In this document: positions 1 to 9,467 of the stretch, piece after piece
Position numbering within the stretch: position 1 is the stretch's first letter
Layout: every line of letters begins with the position of its first letter
Source of the DNA: an uncultured Alphaproteobacteria bacterium
GTDB lineage: Bacteria; Pseudomonadota; Alphaproteobacteria; Rhodobacterales; Rhodobacteraceae
Length of the DNA stretch: 64,000 nucleotides
Direction: 5' to 3'
NCBI GenBank assembly: GCA_963702145.1
Contig: OY969718.1
Location: 938,247 to 1,002,246, forward strand
Notes under the pieces: model-generated
Database searches by the model: none
What the model was told of the DNA's origin: nothing
What the model saw: the letters and a program-made list of their open reading frames with translations, nothing else
Made by a program: the position numbers and the translations under genes

Positions 1-1
1 G

Positions 2-463
2 TCGCGCTATTGTCCGTCCGACGAGTTCCAGGCCTTCGTCGCGGCCGAGTTCGGCAATCTGAGGGGCGGCCCGCTGATCGCGGCGATGCGGCAATGGATC
101 GAGCGGAACTTCAGCTACGTCTCGGGCTCGAGCAACGTGGCCACCACCGCGCGGGAGACGTTCGTGCAGCGGCAGGGCGTATGCCGCGACTACGCCCACG
201 TGATGATCGCCTTCGCGCGCGCCGCGGGCATTCCCGCCCGCATCGCCTCAGTCTATGCGCCGCATGTCGATCCGCCCGACTTCCACGCCGTGGCCGAAGT
301 CTGGCTAGAGGATGCGTGGCACCTCGTCGACGCGACCGGCATGGCGAAGCCCTCGGAGATCGCGATGATCGGTGTCGGCCGCGACGCGGCGGACGTCTCG
401 TTCCTGCAATCCTTCGGGATGGCGACGATGGTGCGCCAGCAGGTGACCGTACGCGAAGCCTGA
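2..463 (+). CDS. Transglutaminase-like family protein (5' truncated by window edge)
   Basis: Frame is open from position 2 (SRYCPSDEF...). GVCRDYAH catalytic Cys motif, DFHAVAEVWL and WHLVDAT are typical of the transglutaminase-like superfamily. Confidence 0.85.
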   Translation, partial: SRYCPSDEFQAFVAAEFGNLRGGPLIAAMRQWIERNFSYVSGSSNVATTARETFVQRQGVCRDYAHVMIAFARAAGIPARIASVYAPHVDPPDFHAVAEVWLEDAWHLVDATGMAKPSEIAMIGVGRDAADVSFLQSFGMATMVRQQVTVREA

Positions 464-468
464 TCGCG

Positions 469-1383
469 TCAGGCCAGATGCCCCACCAGGCCGAGGACGG
501 CCACCACGATCAGGGCCAGCCCCCAAGCACGCCACAGGGCGGCACAGGCCGCGTCGATATCCGCCGAGTTCGTCGTGAGCCGTCCGCCCGCGTTGACCCA
601 AGGGAAGTCCTGCATCCGGCCGTCGTAGCTGCGCGGCCCGGCCAGCGCGAGGCCGAGGATCGGGGCCAGTGCCGCTTCGGGCCAGCCGGCATTCGGCGAC
701 CGGTGGCGGCGCGCGTCGGCGGGAACGCGCGACAGATGGTGCAGCGCGCCGTGGCTCGCGAGCAGGACGAGCGCGGTCAGACGCGCGGGGATCCAGTTCA
801 TCACGTCGTCGAGCCGTGCGGCGGCCCAGCCGAACGCTTCGTGGCGGGGCGTGCGATAGCCGATCATGCTGTCGGCCGTATTGACGACCTTGTAGACCAT
901 CATGCCGGGCAGGCCGGCGATCATGTACCAGAAGATCGGAGCGATCACGCCGTCGGACAGGTTCTCCGCCGCGCTCTCGATCGCCGCGCGGGCGATCTGG
1001 GCCGCGTCCATGTCGCGCGTATCGCGCCCGACGATCCGCGACACCGCCTCCCGCCCGGCTTCCGGCGAGGCGCGCAGGGCCCGTGCCACGGCACGGACGT
1101 GATCCACGAGCGACCGATGGGCCAGGAGGATCGCGGCAAAGGCGATCTCGAGCAGGCCGAGATCGGGGATGGCGGTGATCGTCAGTCCCGCGAGCGCTGC
1201 CCCGGCGACGAGAAGTAGGATCGCTGCCACGCCCCGTGCCCGCCGCATGGCTCCGCGATTCAGACGGGCGTCGAGTGCGGCGACGCCCCGTCCCATCGTC
1301 ACCGCGGGGTGCGGGAACCGCCGCCACAACCAGTCGGGCTCGCCCAGCCAGGCGTCGAGCAGCATGGCCAGCGTCAGGATCAC
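469..1383 (-). CDS. cbiB: Adenosylcobinamide-phosphate synthase CbiB/CobD
   Basis: LLDAWLGEP..HP, IVGRDT, AAIESAAENLSDG, YKVVNTADSMIGY, SPNAGWPEAA. The GTG start overlaps the cobC stop (GTGA). Confidence 0.95.
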   Translation of the reverse strand: MILTLAMLLDAWLGEPDWLWRRFPHPAVTMGRGVAALDARLNRGAMRRARGVAAILLLVAGAALAGLTITAIPDLGLLEIAFAAILLAHRSLVDHVRAVARALRASPEAGREAVSRIVGRDTRDMDAAQIARAAIESAAENLSDGVIAPIFWYMIAGLPGMMVYKVVNTADSMIGYRTPRHEAFGWAAARLDDVMNWIPARLTALVLLASHGALHHLSRVPADARRHRSPNAGWPEAALAPILGLALAGPRSYDGRMQDFPWVNAGGRLTTNSADIDAACAALWRAWGLALIVVAVLGLVGHLA

Positions 1384-2315
1384 GCCAGCACGGCCTCGAG
1401 ACGCGGCCATCCTTCGGCCGGTGGCAGGCCGAGGCGAAGCCAGGTGTCGGAATAGGGAAAGGTCCGGGACCAGATGCGGTGGTGCGCCAGTCGGCTCTGA
1501 AACGCCGACGCATCGGGGAGGGCGTAGAGCCGGAAAAGCGTCGTGCCGCCGAGGCAGGTGCCATGCGGCGCCATCAGCGCGTCGAGCCGTGCCGCATCGC
1601 GTGCCAGCCGCGCGCGGGTCCGATCGGCCCAGTCCGCGTCGCCGAGGGCTTCCGTACCGATGGCCAGCGCCGGCCCCGCGACAGGCCACGGCCCGAGCGC
1701 CTCGGCAAGTCGTGCGATCATCTCGGGCCGGGCGATGGCGAAGCCGAGGCGCAGCCCGGCCAGTCCCCAGAACTTCCCGAAGCTCTTGAGCACGACCGTC
1801 CCCGGACGCTCTGCCAGCCGGATGAGGGAGGCGTCCGGGGTCACGTCGCAGAAGCTCTCGTCGATGATCGCGAGCGGGGCGTCCGCATCGGTCTTTGAAT
1901 GCAGGCGGCCGTCGGGATTGTTGGGATGGACGATCACGATCGCCTCGCCCCCCGCCGCCGTCACCGTCCAGCCCGCCATCCGGAAGGCCGCTTCGTGCTC
2001 GTTGTAGGTCGGTCCGGGAATGGCGACGCGGCCGCGCGGCGCGAGATACGGCAGCCGGGGAATGAGGGCGGAAACGCCCGGCGCGGCGAGGATCTCCGCC
2101 CCGTCCGGCACGGACCAGGCCTGTCGTGCGGCGGCGCGCAGGGCGGCTTGCGCGTTCCGGTCGGGCAGCGTCGTCCAGGCGCGGGCGGACAGGTGCGCGA
2201 TCGGGTAGGGTTGGGGATTGATGCCCGTGGACAGGTCGAGCCAAGCCTCGGCGCCTCCCCCGAACCGGGCGCGCGCGGCGTCGAGACCGCCGCCGTGGTC
2301 GCGGTCCGGATTCAC
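1380..2315 (-). CDS. cobC: Threonine-phosphate decarboxylase (PLP-dependent), CobC/CobD
   Basis: DHGGGL, WLDLSTGINP, VHPNNPDG, IIDESF, LKSFGKFWGLAGLRLGF. GTG start overlaps the DUF1636 stop. Confidence 0.92.
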   Translation of the reverse strand: MNPDRDHGGGLDAARARFGGGAEAWLDLSTGINPQPYPIAHLSARAWTTLPDRNAQAALRAAARQAWSVPDGAEILAAPGVSALIPRLPYLAPRGRVAIPGPTYNEHEAAFRMAGWTVTAAGGEAIVIVHPNNPDGRLHSKTDADAPLAIIDESFCDVTPDASLIRLAERPGTVVLKSFGKFWGLAGLRLGFAIARPEMIARLAEALGPWPVAGPALAIGTEALGDADWADRTRARLARDAARLDALMAPHGTCLGGTTLFRLYALPDASAFQSRLAHHRIWSRTFPYSDTWLRLGLPPAEGWPRLEAVLA

Positions 2316-2677
2316 TCGGGGAGGGGCGGGTGCCGCGTGACGAAGTGCCCCTTGATCGCCGCCGGCCAGTCCCGGTACGGCACGACCCCGGTCGCGCTCG
2401 CGGCGTGCCGCGCGGCGTAGTCGATCAGGCCCGCCGCGACATCTTCGGACGGTTCGAACCCGCCCAGCGTGTATGCCATCTTTCCCGGCGATTGCAGCGC
2501 CACGTTGCAGGCACGAGAGCAGCCCATCAGGCAGGAATGCCGCCGCGTTCGGACTTCCGCTGCGTCCGACGACAGGGCTTCGACCAGCTCGGCCAAAGCC
2601 TCTCCGTCGGTGCGGCCGGACGCGCTCGTCCAGTCGTCGCGTTTGCAGGTATCGCAGATGGTAATCGTCGTAGTCAT
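2312..2677 (-). CDS. DUF1636 family putative metal-binding protein (thioredoxin-like, Cys-rich)
   Basis: ITICDTC, CLMGCSRACNVAL, GKMAY, VPYRDWP..IKGHFVTR. First gene of the cobC-cbiB operon. Confidence 0.85.
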   Translation of the reverse strand: MTTTITICDTCKRDDWTSASGRTDGEALAELVEALSSDAAEVRTRRHSCLMGCSRACNVALQSPGKMAYTLGGFEPSEDVAAGLIDYAARHAASATGVVPYRDWPAAIKGHFVTRHPPLPE

Positions 2678-2852
2678 CCCGCCCCCTGGATCGTCCGGCG
2701 GAGATAGACCGCGCGTTCCGGACATTGCAATGAGCAGGATTCCGCCGAGGCCGCGGCGGATCCGGTTTGTTAACCCCTGTCCTCCGCCGCCGCCCGACAC
2801 TGCGCCGATTGCAAGGCGTTCGCGTAACGGTAACGGGTTGGGAGTGGGTGAG

Positions 2853-3335
2853 ATGACGCAACGGGTACACCGGGCCCTCGTGGTGGGGTCGAGCTACGGC
2901 GATGACGACAGGCGGCAGCAGGCGATCGACACCCTGTCCCGGGAAGGGGTGGAGATGCACTTCGCCGCGAGTCAGCACGAGGCCGGGATCTGGCTTTGCG
3001 AGAACGACCCGTCTGTCGTCCTGATCGACCTGACGCTGGAGGATGGAAGCCCGCTGGCGGTCGCGAATTTCTGCAGCTATCGCCGCCCGGACGCGCGGGT
3101 CGTCCTGCGCGGCTGCGGGCGTCTCTTCACCGACGGCTCGATCTTCGCCCTGATCGACAACGTCCATGCGCTGGTCGCCGACCACACGACGGAAGACGAC
3201 CTCTCCGCGCTGCTCTCCTTCCACGCCTCCGCGCCACGCGACGTGGTGGCGCAAGAGGACGGGGCGGTTTTCGAGCCGCACTTGTCCCCGCGTCCCGCCG
3301 GGCTAGCCCCGCCCGTGGGGCGCGTTCCAGTCTAG
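2853..3335 (+). CDS. Stand-alone atypical response-regulator receiver-like protein
   Basis: PSVVLIDLTLEDGSPLAVA resembles the receiver beta3 phospho-Asp region. No output domain. The 3' end overlaps the GST gene by 33 bp. Confidence 0.6.
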   Translation: MTQRVHRALVVGSSYGDDDRRQQAIDTLSREGVEMHFAASQHEAGIWLCENDPSVVLIDLTLEDGSPLAVANFCSYRRPDARVVLRGCGRLFTDGSIFALIDNVHALVADHTTEDDLSALLSFHASAPRDVVAQEDGAVFEPHLSPRPAGLAPPVGRVPV

Positions 3336-4277
3336 GTCCGGCCCAATGGGCACGATCCGATGCGGGTTAATCGTGTCATGGCTGTAATGGTAGTGCTGCC
3401 GGATATGCTCCATGTCCACCGTCCCGGCCACGCCCGGCACCTGGTAGAGCTCGCGGGCCCAGCCCCATAGGTTCGGGTAATCGACGACCCGTCGGCGGTT
3501 GCACTTGAAGTGGCCGTGATAGACCTGATCGAAGCGGACGATCGTGGTGAAGAGGCGCCAATCCGCCTCGGTCAGCCGGTCACCGGTCAGGTAGCGGTTC
3601 CCGGACAGGATGCCTTCCAGCCAGTCGAGCGCCTCGAACAGGGCATGCACGGGCGCCTCGTAGGCGTCCTGCGTCGTGGCGAAGCCGGCCTTGTAGACCC
3701 CGTTGTTCACGTCGTCGTAGACGCGGTCGTTGATGCGGTCGATCTCCTCGCGCAGGTCCTCGGGGTAGTAATCCGCGTCGTTGCCCGTCAGCCCGTCGAA
3801 GGCCGAGTTGAACATCCGGATGATCTCCGCGCTCTCGTTGGAGACGATCGCGTCGGTTTTCGTGTCCCAGAGCACGGGGACGGTCACCCGGCCGGAGATG
3901 TCGGGCTTCGCCTTCGTGTAGATGTCGCGCATGAAGGGCAGGCCGAACAGCCGATCCCCGGTCGCCCCCTCCATGTCGTCGCGGAAGGTCCAGCCCTCCG
4001 AGAGCATGTGCGCATGGACGACGGAGACGGGGATCAGGTCCTCGAGCCCCTTCAACGCGCGCAGGATGAGCGTCCGGTGCGCCCAGGGACAGGCCAGCGA
4101 GACATAGAGATGGTAGCGTCCGCCCTCGGCCGCGAAATCGCCTTCGCCGCCCGGTCCGGGCGCGCCGTCGGGCGTGATCCAGTTGCGGAACTCGGTCTCG
4201 GAACGGACGAACGCGCCGCCCGTCTCCTCGGTGTCGTACCAGACGTCCTGCCATTTGCCGTCGACCAGCTTGCCCAT
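3303..4277 (-). CDS. yqjG: Glutathionyl-hydroquinone reductase (omega-like GST, YqjG family)
   Basis: MGKLVDGKW, RYHLYVSLACPWAHRTL, VTVPVLWD, IVSNESAEII, VNNGVYKAGFA. Strong GAAGGAG RBS. Confidence 0.95.
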   Translation of the reverse strand: MGKLVDGKWQDVWYDTEETGGAFVRSETEFRNWITPDGAPGPGGEGDFAAEGGRYHLYVSLACPWAHRTLILRALKGLEDLIPVSVVHAHMLSEGWTFRDDMEGATGDRLFGLPFMRDIYTKAKPDISGRVTVPVLWDTKTDAIVSNESAEIIRMFNSAFDGLTGNDADYYPEDLREEIDRINDRVYDDVNNGVYKAGFATTQDAYEAPVHALFEALDWLEGILSGNRYLTGDRLTEADWRLFTTIVRFDQVYHGHFKCNRRRVVDYPNLWGWARELYQVPGVAGTVDMEHIRQHYHYSHDTINPHRIVPIGPDLDWNAPHGRG

Positions 4278-4379
4278 CGTTCCCTCCTTCAACGCGTCAC
4301 ACACACCTAGCGGCTGGCCGCGCCATGAGAAGTGATGGCCCCGCGCAGGCCCTGCGCGGTTGCGAACAGGGGTGCGGGC

Positions 4380-4850
4380 CTACTTGTAGGCGACGGTGGC
4401 GACCTCGTAATCCTTGGTGCCGCCCGGCGTGCGGACCTCGACGCTGTCGCCCTCCTCCTTGCCGATCAGCGCGCGGGCCAGCGGCGAGCGGATGTTGAGG
4501 AGCCCGTTCTCTATATCGGCCTCCTGCTCGCCCACGATCTGGTAGGTCTTCTCCTCCTCCGTGTCTTCGTCGACGAGGGTGACGGTGGCGCCGAACTTGA
4601 TCGGGCCGCTGAGCTTGGCCGGGTCGATGACCTCGGCGCGGGAGATCAGGCCCTCGAGTTCCTTGATGCGCCCCTCCACGAAGGATTGCTTCTCGCGGGC
4701 GGAATGGTACTCGGCGTTCTCCGACAGGTCGCCATGCTCGCGCGCCTCGGAGATGGCGCGGATGATGGCCGGCCGCTCCTCGGACTTCAGCTTCTTCAGT
4801 TCGGATTGCAGCGCGGTCATGCCGCGCGGCGTCATCGGTACTTTGTCCAC
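4380..4850 (-). CDS. greA: Transcription elongation factor GreA
   Basis: [41 protein letters not shown] start gives 156 aa. Confidence 0.97.
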   Translation of the reverse strand: MDKVPMTPRGMTALQSELKKLKSEERPAIIRAISEAREHGDLSENAEYHSAREKQSFVEGRIKELEGLISRAEVIDPAKLSGPIKFGATVTLVDEDTEEEKTYQIVGEQEADIENGLLNIRSPLARALIGKEEGDSVEVRTPGGTKDYEVATVAYK

Positions 4851-4935
4851 GGACTTCTCCCCCAGGGGCCCGATGGCCCCCGTTCCTTGCGTTGTTCCGA
4901 CTGTATCAGCGGCAAGCACAGGCGCAACACGCGCG

Positions 4936-5091
4936 TCAGAAGGTCCGGGCGATCCCCGCGCTGGCCGAGGCGGAGACGGTGATGGCCGGCTCGACGGTAC
5001 GTTCCTCGGGTTCGACCTGCGACGGCGGGACAGGGCGCCCGTCGATCCCGCAGCCGGCGAGCAGGAGGACGAGCGGCAGCAGGCGCATCAT
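4936..5091 (-). CDS. Small lipoprotein (51 aa), absent from the ORF track
   Basis: Hand translation: [51 protein letters not shown]. Lipobox LAGC. The ATG overlaps the argH stop (ATGA). Confidence 0.8.
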   Translation of the reverse strand: MMRLLPLVLLLAGCGIDGRPVPPSQVEPEERTVEPAITVSASASAGIARTF

Positions 5092-6488
5092 GCGAGGCGC
5101 TCTTTCCAGCGAGCGACCTGCGCGCGGACGTTCGCGGGCGCGGTGCCGCCGTAGGAGGTGCGCGACGCGACCGAGTTGCGGACGCCCAGCACGTCGAACA
5201 CGCCCTCGGTGATCCGCGGCTCGACCGCGTGCATCTGCTCAATGCTGAGCTCCGGCAGGTCGATTCCCGCCTCCTCGGCCAGCTTCACCAGTGCGCCGGT
5301 GACGTGGTGCGCCTCCCGGAACGGCAGGTCGAGCTCGCGGACGAGCCAGTCGGCGAGGTCGGTCGCCGTCGAGAAGCCGGAGGCCGCCGCCGCCTCCAGC
5401 GCTTCGCGGTTGGCGTTCATGTCGCCCACCATCCCCGTCATCGCGGCGAGCGCGAGCATCAGGCTGTCGGCGGCGTCGAAGACCTGTTCCTTGTCCTCCT
5501 GCATGTCCTTCGAATAGGTCAGCGGCAGCCCCTTCATCACCATCAGGAGCGCGGCCTGCGCGCCGAAGATCCGTCCGATCTTGGCGCGCAGGAGCTCGGC
5601 CGCATCCGGGTTCTTCTTCTGCGGCATGATCGAGGATCCGGTGGTCCAGCGGTCCGACAGGCGGACGAAGCGGAACTGCGCGGAGGACCAGATCACCAGC
5701 TCCTCTGCGAGCCGGCTCAGATGCATCGCGCAGATCGTGGCGGCGGACAGGAACTCGAGGGCGAAATCCCGGTCGGACACCCCGTCGAGCGAATTGGCGC
5801 AGGGCCGGTCGAAGCCGAGCGTGTCCGCCGTCATCTCTCGGTCAATGGGGAAGGACGTGCCGGCCAGCGCCGCGGTGCCGAGCGGGCACTCGTTCATCCG
5901 GCGGCGGGCATCCTCGAAGCGCCCGAGGTCGCGGCCGAACATCTCCGTGTAGGCCAGCATGTGGTGGCCCCAGGTGACCGGCTGCGCGGTCTGGAGATGG
6001 GTGAAGCCCGGCATGACCCAGTCCGCGCCCTGCTCGGCCTGTGCGACCAGCGCGCCGATCAGGCGCGGCAGGGCGTCGATGGCGGCATCGGCCTGATCGC
6101 GGACCCACATCCGGAAATCGAGCGCGACCTGGTCGTTGCGCGACCGCGCGGTATGGAGTCGTCCGGCGGTTGGGCCGACGAGTTCGGTCAGGCGGGCCTC
6201 CACGTTCATGTGGATGTCCTCGAGCGCGGTAGAATATTCGAACCGGCCCTCATCGATCTCCCTGAGCACGTCGAGAAGCCCCGCCCGGATCGCCCCGGCA
6301 TCGGCCTCGGAGACGATGCCCTGCGCGGCGAGCATCGCGGCGTGGGCGCGGCTGCCCTCGATGTCCTGACGGGCCATGCGCCGGTCGAAGCCGATCGAGG
6401 CGTTGATCGCCTCCATGATCGCGTCGGGCCCTTCCGCGAACCGGCCGCCCCACATCTTGTTCGACTTCTTCTCCGACGGCTCGGACAT
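5088..6488 (-). CDS. argH: Argininosuccinate lyase
   Basis: [42 protein letters not shown]. Confidence 0.98.
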   Translation of the reverse strand: MSEPSEKKSNKMWGGRFAEGPDAIMEAINASIGFDRRMARQDIEGSRAHAAMLAAQGIVSEADAGAIRAGLLDVLREIDEGRFEYSTALEDIHMNVEARLTELVGPTAGRLHTARSRNDQVALDFRMWVRDQADAAIDALPRLIGALVAQAEQGADWVMPGFTHLQTAQPVTWGHHMLAYTEMFGRDLGRFEDARRRMNECPLGTAALAGTSFPIDREMTADTLGFDRPCANSLDGVSDRDFALEFLSAATICAMHLSRLAEELVIWSSAQFRFVRLSDRWTTGSSIMPQKKNPDAAELLRAKIGRIFGAQAALLMVMKGLPLTYSKDMQEDKEQVFDAADSLMLALAAMTGMVGDMNANREALEAAAASGFSTATDLADWLVRELDLPFREAHHVTGALVKLAEEAGIDLPELSIEQMHAVEPRITEGVFDVLGVRNSVASRTSYGGTAPANVRAQVARWKERLA

Positions 6489-6900
6489 GGAACGCCTCTC
6501 GCTGTGATCTGCCTCCGCGCTATATGGCCTGCCTCGGTGCATCGCCACCCCCGGCGCCCGCGGCGCGGCTCTCACGCGGGCGGTCGTGTCCCGACCGGCT
6601 TGCGAGTGGCCCGGATCCGGCCCGGCGGCGGCATCGAAATGGGATCGGCGACGTGGATCGGGGCCGCGACGTCCTGTCGGCGCGCAAGATCCTCGCGTCG
6701 ATGGCGGCCGACAGCGCGCCGGGCATGGGTGCGGCGTCCTGCGGGGACAGGCTCGCCATTGTCACCTCAGACGGTCCGAGGTCATCTTTCGGCAATACGA
6801 CATGATCGAGTCAAACTCGTGACATTCGCCGGACGCTGGCTAACCCATCGGTAACGTCTCCCCGGCGATGTCCTGCCTCCAGGGAACCGGAGCAGGATCG

Positions 6901-8070
6901 ATGATGAGCTTTGACCTCTTGATGGATTTCGTCGGGTCCCTCGCGGTCCTCGGCATGCTCGTGCTGGCCTACGGGACGCTGCGCCACCGATTACCGGAGC
7001 ACGGGCCCGTGGGCGTCGTGAAGGGGGCGCTCTTCGGTCTCGTCTCGGTCCTGCAGATGTACTACGCCTTCAGCCCCGCCGAGGGCATCATCATCGACCT
7101 GCGTTGCGTTCCCGTCGTGCTGGCCGGCGCGTTCCTCGGCCTGCGCGCCTGTCTCGTCTGCGTCTTCATCGCCGCCGCCACGCGGCTGCAGCTGGGCGGG
7201 ATCGGCGCGATGACCGGCGTTGCCGGCATTCTGCTGGCCGCTGCGGCGGGCCTGCTGTGGCGCGGGCTCTTCGGACATCGCCGGGGAATCACGGCGATGC
7301 TCTGGCTCGCCGCCATCACGAGCGGCCATCTGTGTGCGATCGTGCTGCTGCCCTACGACAATGCGATCTGGTTCCTGCGGGAAGCCGCCCTCGTCCTCGT
7401 CGCGGCCTACTTCCTCGCCATTCCGCCGATCGGTCTCCTGATGGAGCGCGAGCGCCTCCGCATCCGCGATGAAACGCGGCTCCGCGCCGATGCGATCGCG
7501 GGGCTGGGCGACCGGTTCATGCCACGCCAGGCTTTCGAATGGGCACTGACGCAGGCCGCGACCTCGGGCACGTTGCGCGGCGAGGTCGTCGTGGTCGGTC
7601 TGCACTTGCACCGTCGCAACCGGATGTTGCAGCTCTGGGGTCCGGAGGCGGAGGACATTGCGATGCGGGCCATGCGCGACCGTCTCGACGGGATCGCGCC
7701 GAAGGGCAGCCTGGCCGGTGCGGTGCGCGACGAACTCGTCCTGCTGGCGTTGCCCGGCCTGCCGGAGCAGAGCGTCGACGCGCTGCTTGCGCGGGTCCGT
7801 CGCGAGATCACCGAGATGCCCGTGAAGGTCGCGGGCACGGCGTCCCTGCGACTTTCAATCGACGTGACGGTGCGGCGCTATCCGCAATTGCCGGCCTTCG
7901 CGGAGGTCGTCGAAGATCTGGCGATACGGAAGCCGCTGCTCCCCGTTCCCGCGCGCACGCCTGCCAACGCGGCGCCTGCCGAGGACTTGCGGCGTGGCCC
8001 GGGCACGCTGGCGGGGCCCGACATGCTTTTCGAGACGTTCGACCGCCTGCACGCGCTGCGCTTCGGCTAG
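6901..8070 (+). CDS. LytS/YhcK-type 5TM receptor domain fused to a degenerate GGDEF-like domain
   Basis: N-terminal GIIIDLRCVPVVLAGAFLG...RLQLGGIGA (5TM-5TMR_LYT pattern). The C-terminal domain has GAVRDEL where GGDEF is expected. Confidence 0.7.
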   Translation: MMSFDLLMDFVGSLAVLGMLVLAYGTLRHRLPEHGPVGVVKGALFGLVSVLQMYYAFSPAEGIIIDLRCVPVVLAGAFLGLRACLVCVFIAAATRLQLGGIGAMTGVAGILLAAAAGLLWRGLFGHRRGITAMLWLAAITSGHLCAIVLLPYDNAIWFLREAALVLVAAYFLAIPPIGLLMERERLRIRDETRLRADAIAGLGDRFMPRQAFEWALTQAATSGTLRGEVVVVGLHLHRRNRMLQLWGPEAEDIAMRAMRDRLDGIAPKGSLAGAVRDELVLLALPGLPEQSVDALLARVRREITEMPVKVAGTASLRLSIDVTVRRYPQLPAFAEVVEDLAIRKPLLPVPARTPANAAPAEDLRRGPGTLAGPDMLFETFDRLHALRFG

Positions 8071-8152
8071 GTCTGACCGGCGCGATGTTGCATAGGCCCG
8101 CCGGCCCCGTCATATCGGATCGCATGGTTCGGACGGACGGGACGCAGCGGGC

Positions 8153-9115
8153 ATGACGCAATATCTCGATTTCGAGAAACCCTTGTCGGAGGTCGAGGGC
8201 AAGGCCGAGGAGCTGCGCGCGATGGCGCGGTCGGATTCCAAGGTCGATGTCGAGAAGGAGGCCTCCCAGCTCGATCAGAAGGCGCGCGACATGCTCGCCA
8301 ACCTCTACCGGAACCTCTCGCCCTGGCAGAAGGCGCAGGTCGCCCGCCACGCCGAACGGCCGCATTGCAAGGATTATATCGAGCGCATCTTCACCGAATG
8401 GACGCCGCTCGCCGGCGACCGGAACTTCGCCGACGACCATGCGGTGATGGGCGGGCTCGCCCGGCTCGACGGACGGTCGGTGATGGTGATCGGCCACGAG
8501 AAGGGCCACGACACCCGCACCCGGATCGAGCGGAACTTCGGCATGGCCCGGCCCGAAGGCTATCGCAAGGCGATCCGCCTGATGCAGATGGCCGACCGGT
8601 TCGGCCTGCCCGTGGTCACGCTGATCGATACGCCCGGCGCCTATCCCGGCAAGGGCGCGGAGGAGCGGGGCCAGTCCGAGGCCATCGCGCGGTCGACGCA
8701 GGAATGCCTCCGCCTCGGCGTGCCGCTCGTCAGCGTGGTGATCGGGGAGGGCGGCTCCGGTGGCGCTGTGGCCTTCGCGACGGCGAACCGCGTGGCGATG
8801 CTGGAACACTCGATCTATTCGGTGATCTCGCCCGAGGGCTGCGCCTCGATCCTGTGGAAGGATGCCGAGAAGATGCGCGAGGCGGCGGAAGCGCTGCGGC
8901 TCACCGCGCAGGACCTGCTCAAGCTCGGCGTGATCGACCGGATCGTGGCCGAGCCGCTGGGCGGGGCGCATCGCGACCGTCACGCCGCCATCGCCTCCGT
9001 CGGCACGGCGCTGACCGCCATGCTCGCCGAGTTCGACGGCCAGGACGCCGAGACCCTGCGCGGACAGCGCCGCGCCAAGTATCTCGGCATGGGCTCGAAA
9101 GGCCTCGCGGCCTGA
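8153..9115 (+). CDS. accA: Acetyl-CoA carboxylase carboxyltransferase alpha subunit
   Basis: [52 protein letters not shown]. Confidence 0.98.
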   Translation: MTQYLDFEKPLSEVEGKAEELRAMARSDSKVDVEKEASQLDQKARDMLANLYRNLSPWQKAQVARHAERPHCKDYIERIFTEWTPLAGDRNFADDHAVMGGLARLDGRSVMVIGHEKGHDTRTRIERNFGMARPEGYRKAIRLMQMADRFGLPVVTLIDTPGAYPGKGAEERGQSEAIARSTQECLRLGVPLVSVVIGEGGSGGAVAFATANRVAMLEHSIYSVISPEGCASILWKDAEKMREAAEALRLTAQDLLKLGVIDRIVAEPLGGAHRDRHAAIASVGTALTAMLAEFDGQDAETLRGQRRAKYLGMGSKGLAA

Positions 9116-9128
9116 CGACCGCGATGGG

Positions 9129-9362
9129 TCAGGTGCGCCGGTACACGCCCTCGGGAAGGTTCAGCGCGGTGACGAGGTCGCGCAGCTGTCCGTTGGTCAG
9201 CGTCACCCGGATCGGCTCCCCGCTGCGGGGGTCGAGTTGCGTCAGGGTCACGCACTCCTCGAAGGCCGAGACGACGACGTCCTCGCCCGGCGGCGTGCCG
9301 GGTTCGCCCTCGTCCACGAGCGTGACCACCGTGGCGTCGAATCCGTGTTCGATCGAGAACAT
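9129..9362 (-). CDS. Small conserved hypothetical protein (77 aa)
   Basis: MFSIEHGFDATVVTLVDEG...LNLPEGVYRRT with a strong GAAGGAGG RBS. It forms the C-terminal part of the 9129..10187 ORF. Confidence 0.75.
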   Translation of the reverse strand: MFSIEHGFDATVVTLVDEGEPGTPPGEDVVVSAFEECVTLTQLDPRSGEPIRVTLTNGQLRDLVTALNLPEGVYRRT

Positions 9363-9467
9363 CCGTCCTCCTTCGCTATCCCATAACCATATCGCGACTT
9401 TGCGCTGACATCGCCAACGTCCATCCTGTAGACAGCCAGAATCTAACGTTTTCCGGGGAGAAGATCC

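Noticed and set aside
2678-2850. Canonical cobalamin riboswitch ahead of the cob genes
   Set aside because: The conserved B12-box words are absent. The region is reported only as an unknown structured leader.
4865-4880. Hairpin in the greA leader as an attenuator
   Set aside because: A 6-bp GC stem with no U-tract is too common at this GC content.
6490-6900. Short ORFs or a possible TlpA relic divergent from argH
   Set aside because: Only a faint YMACLGAS resemblance, with no CxxC and no consistent frame.
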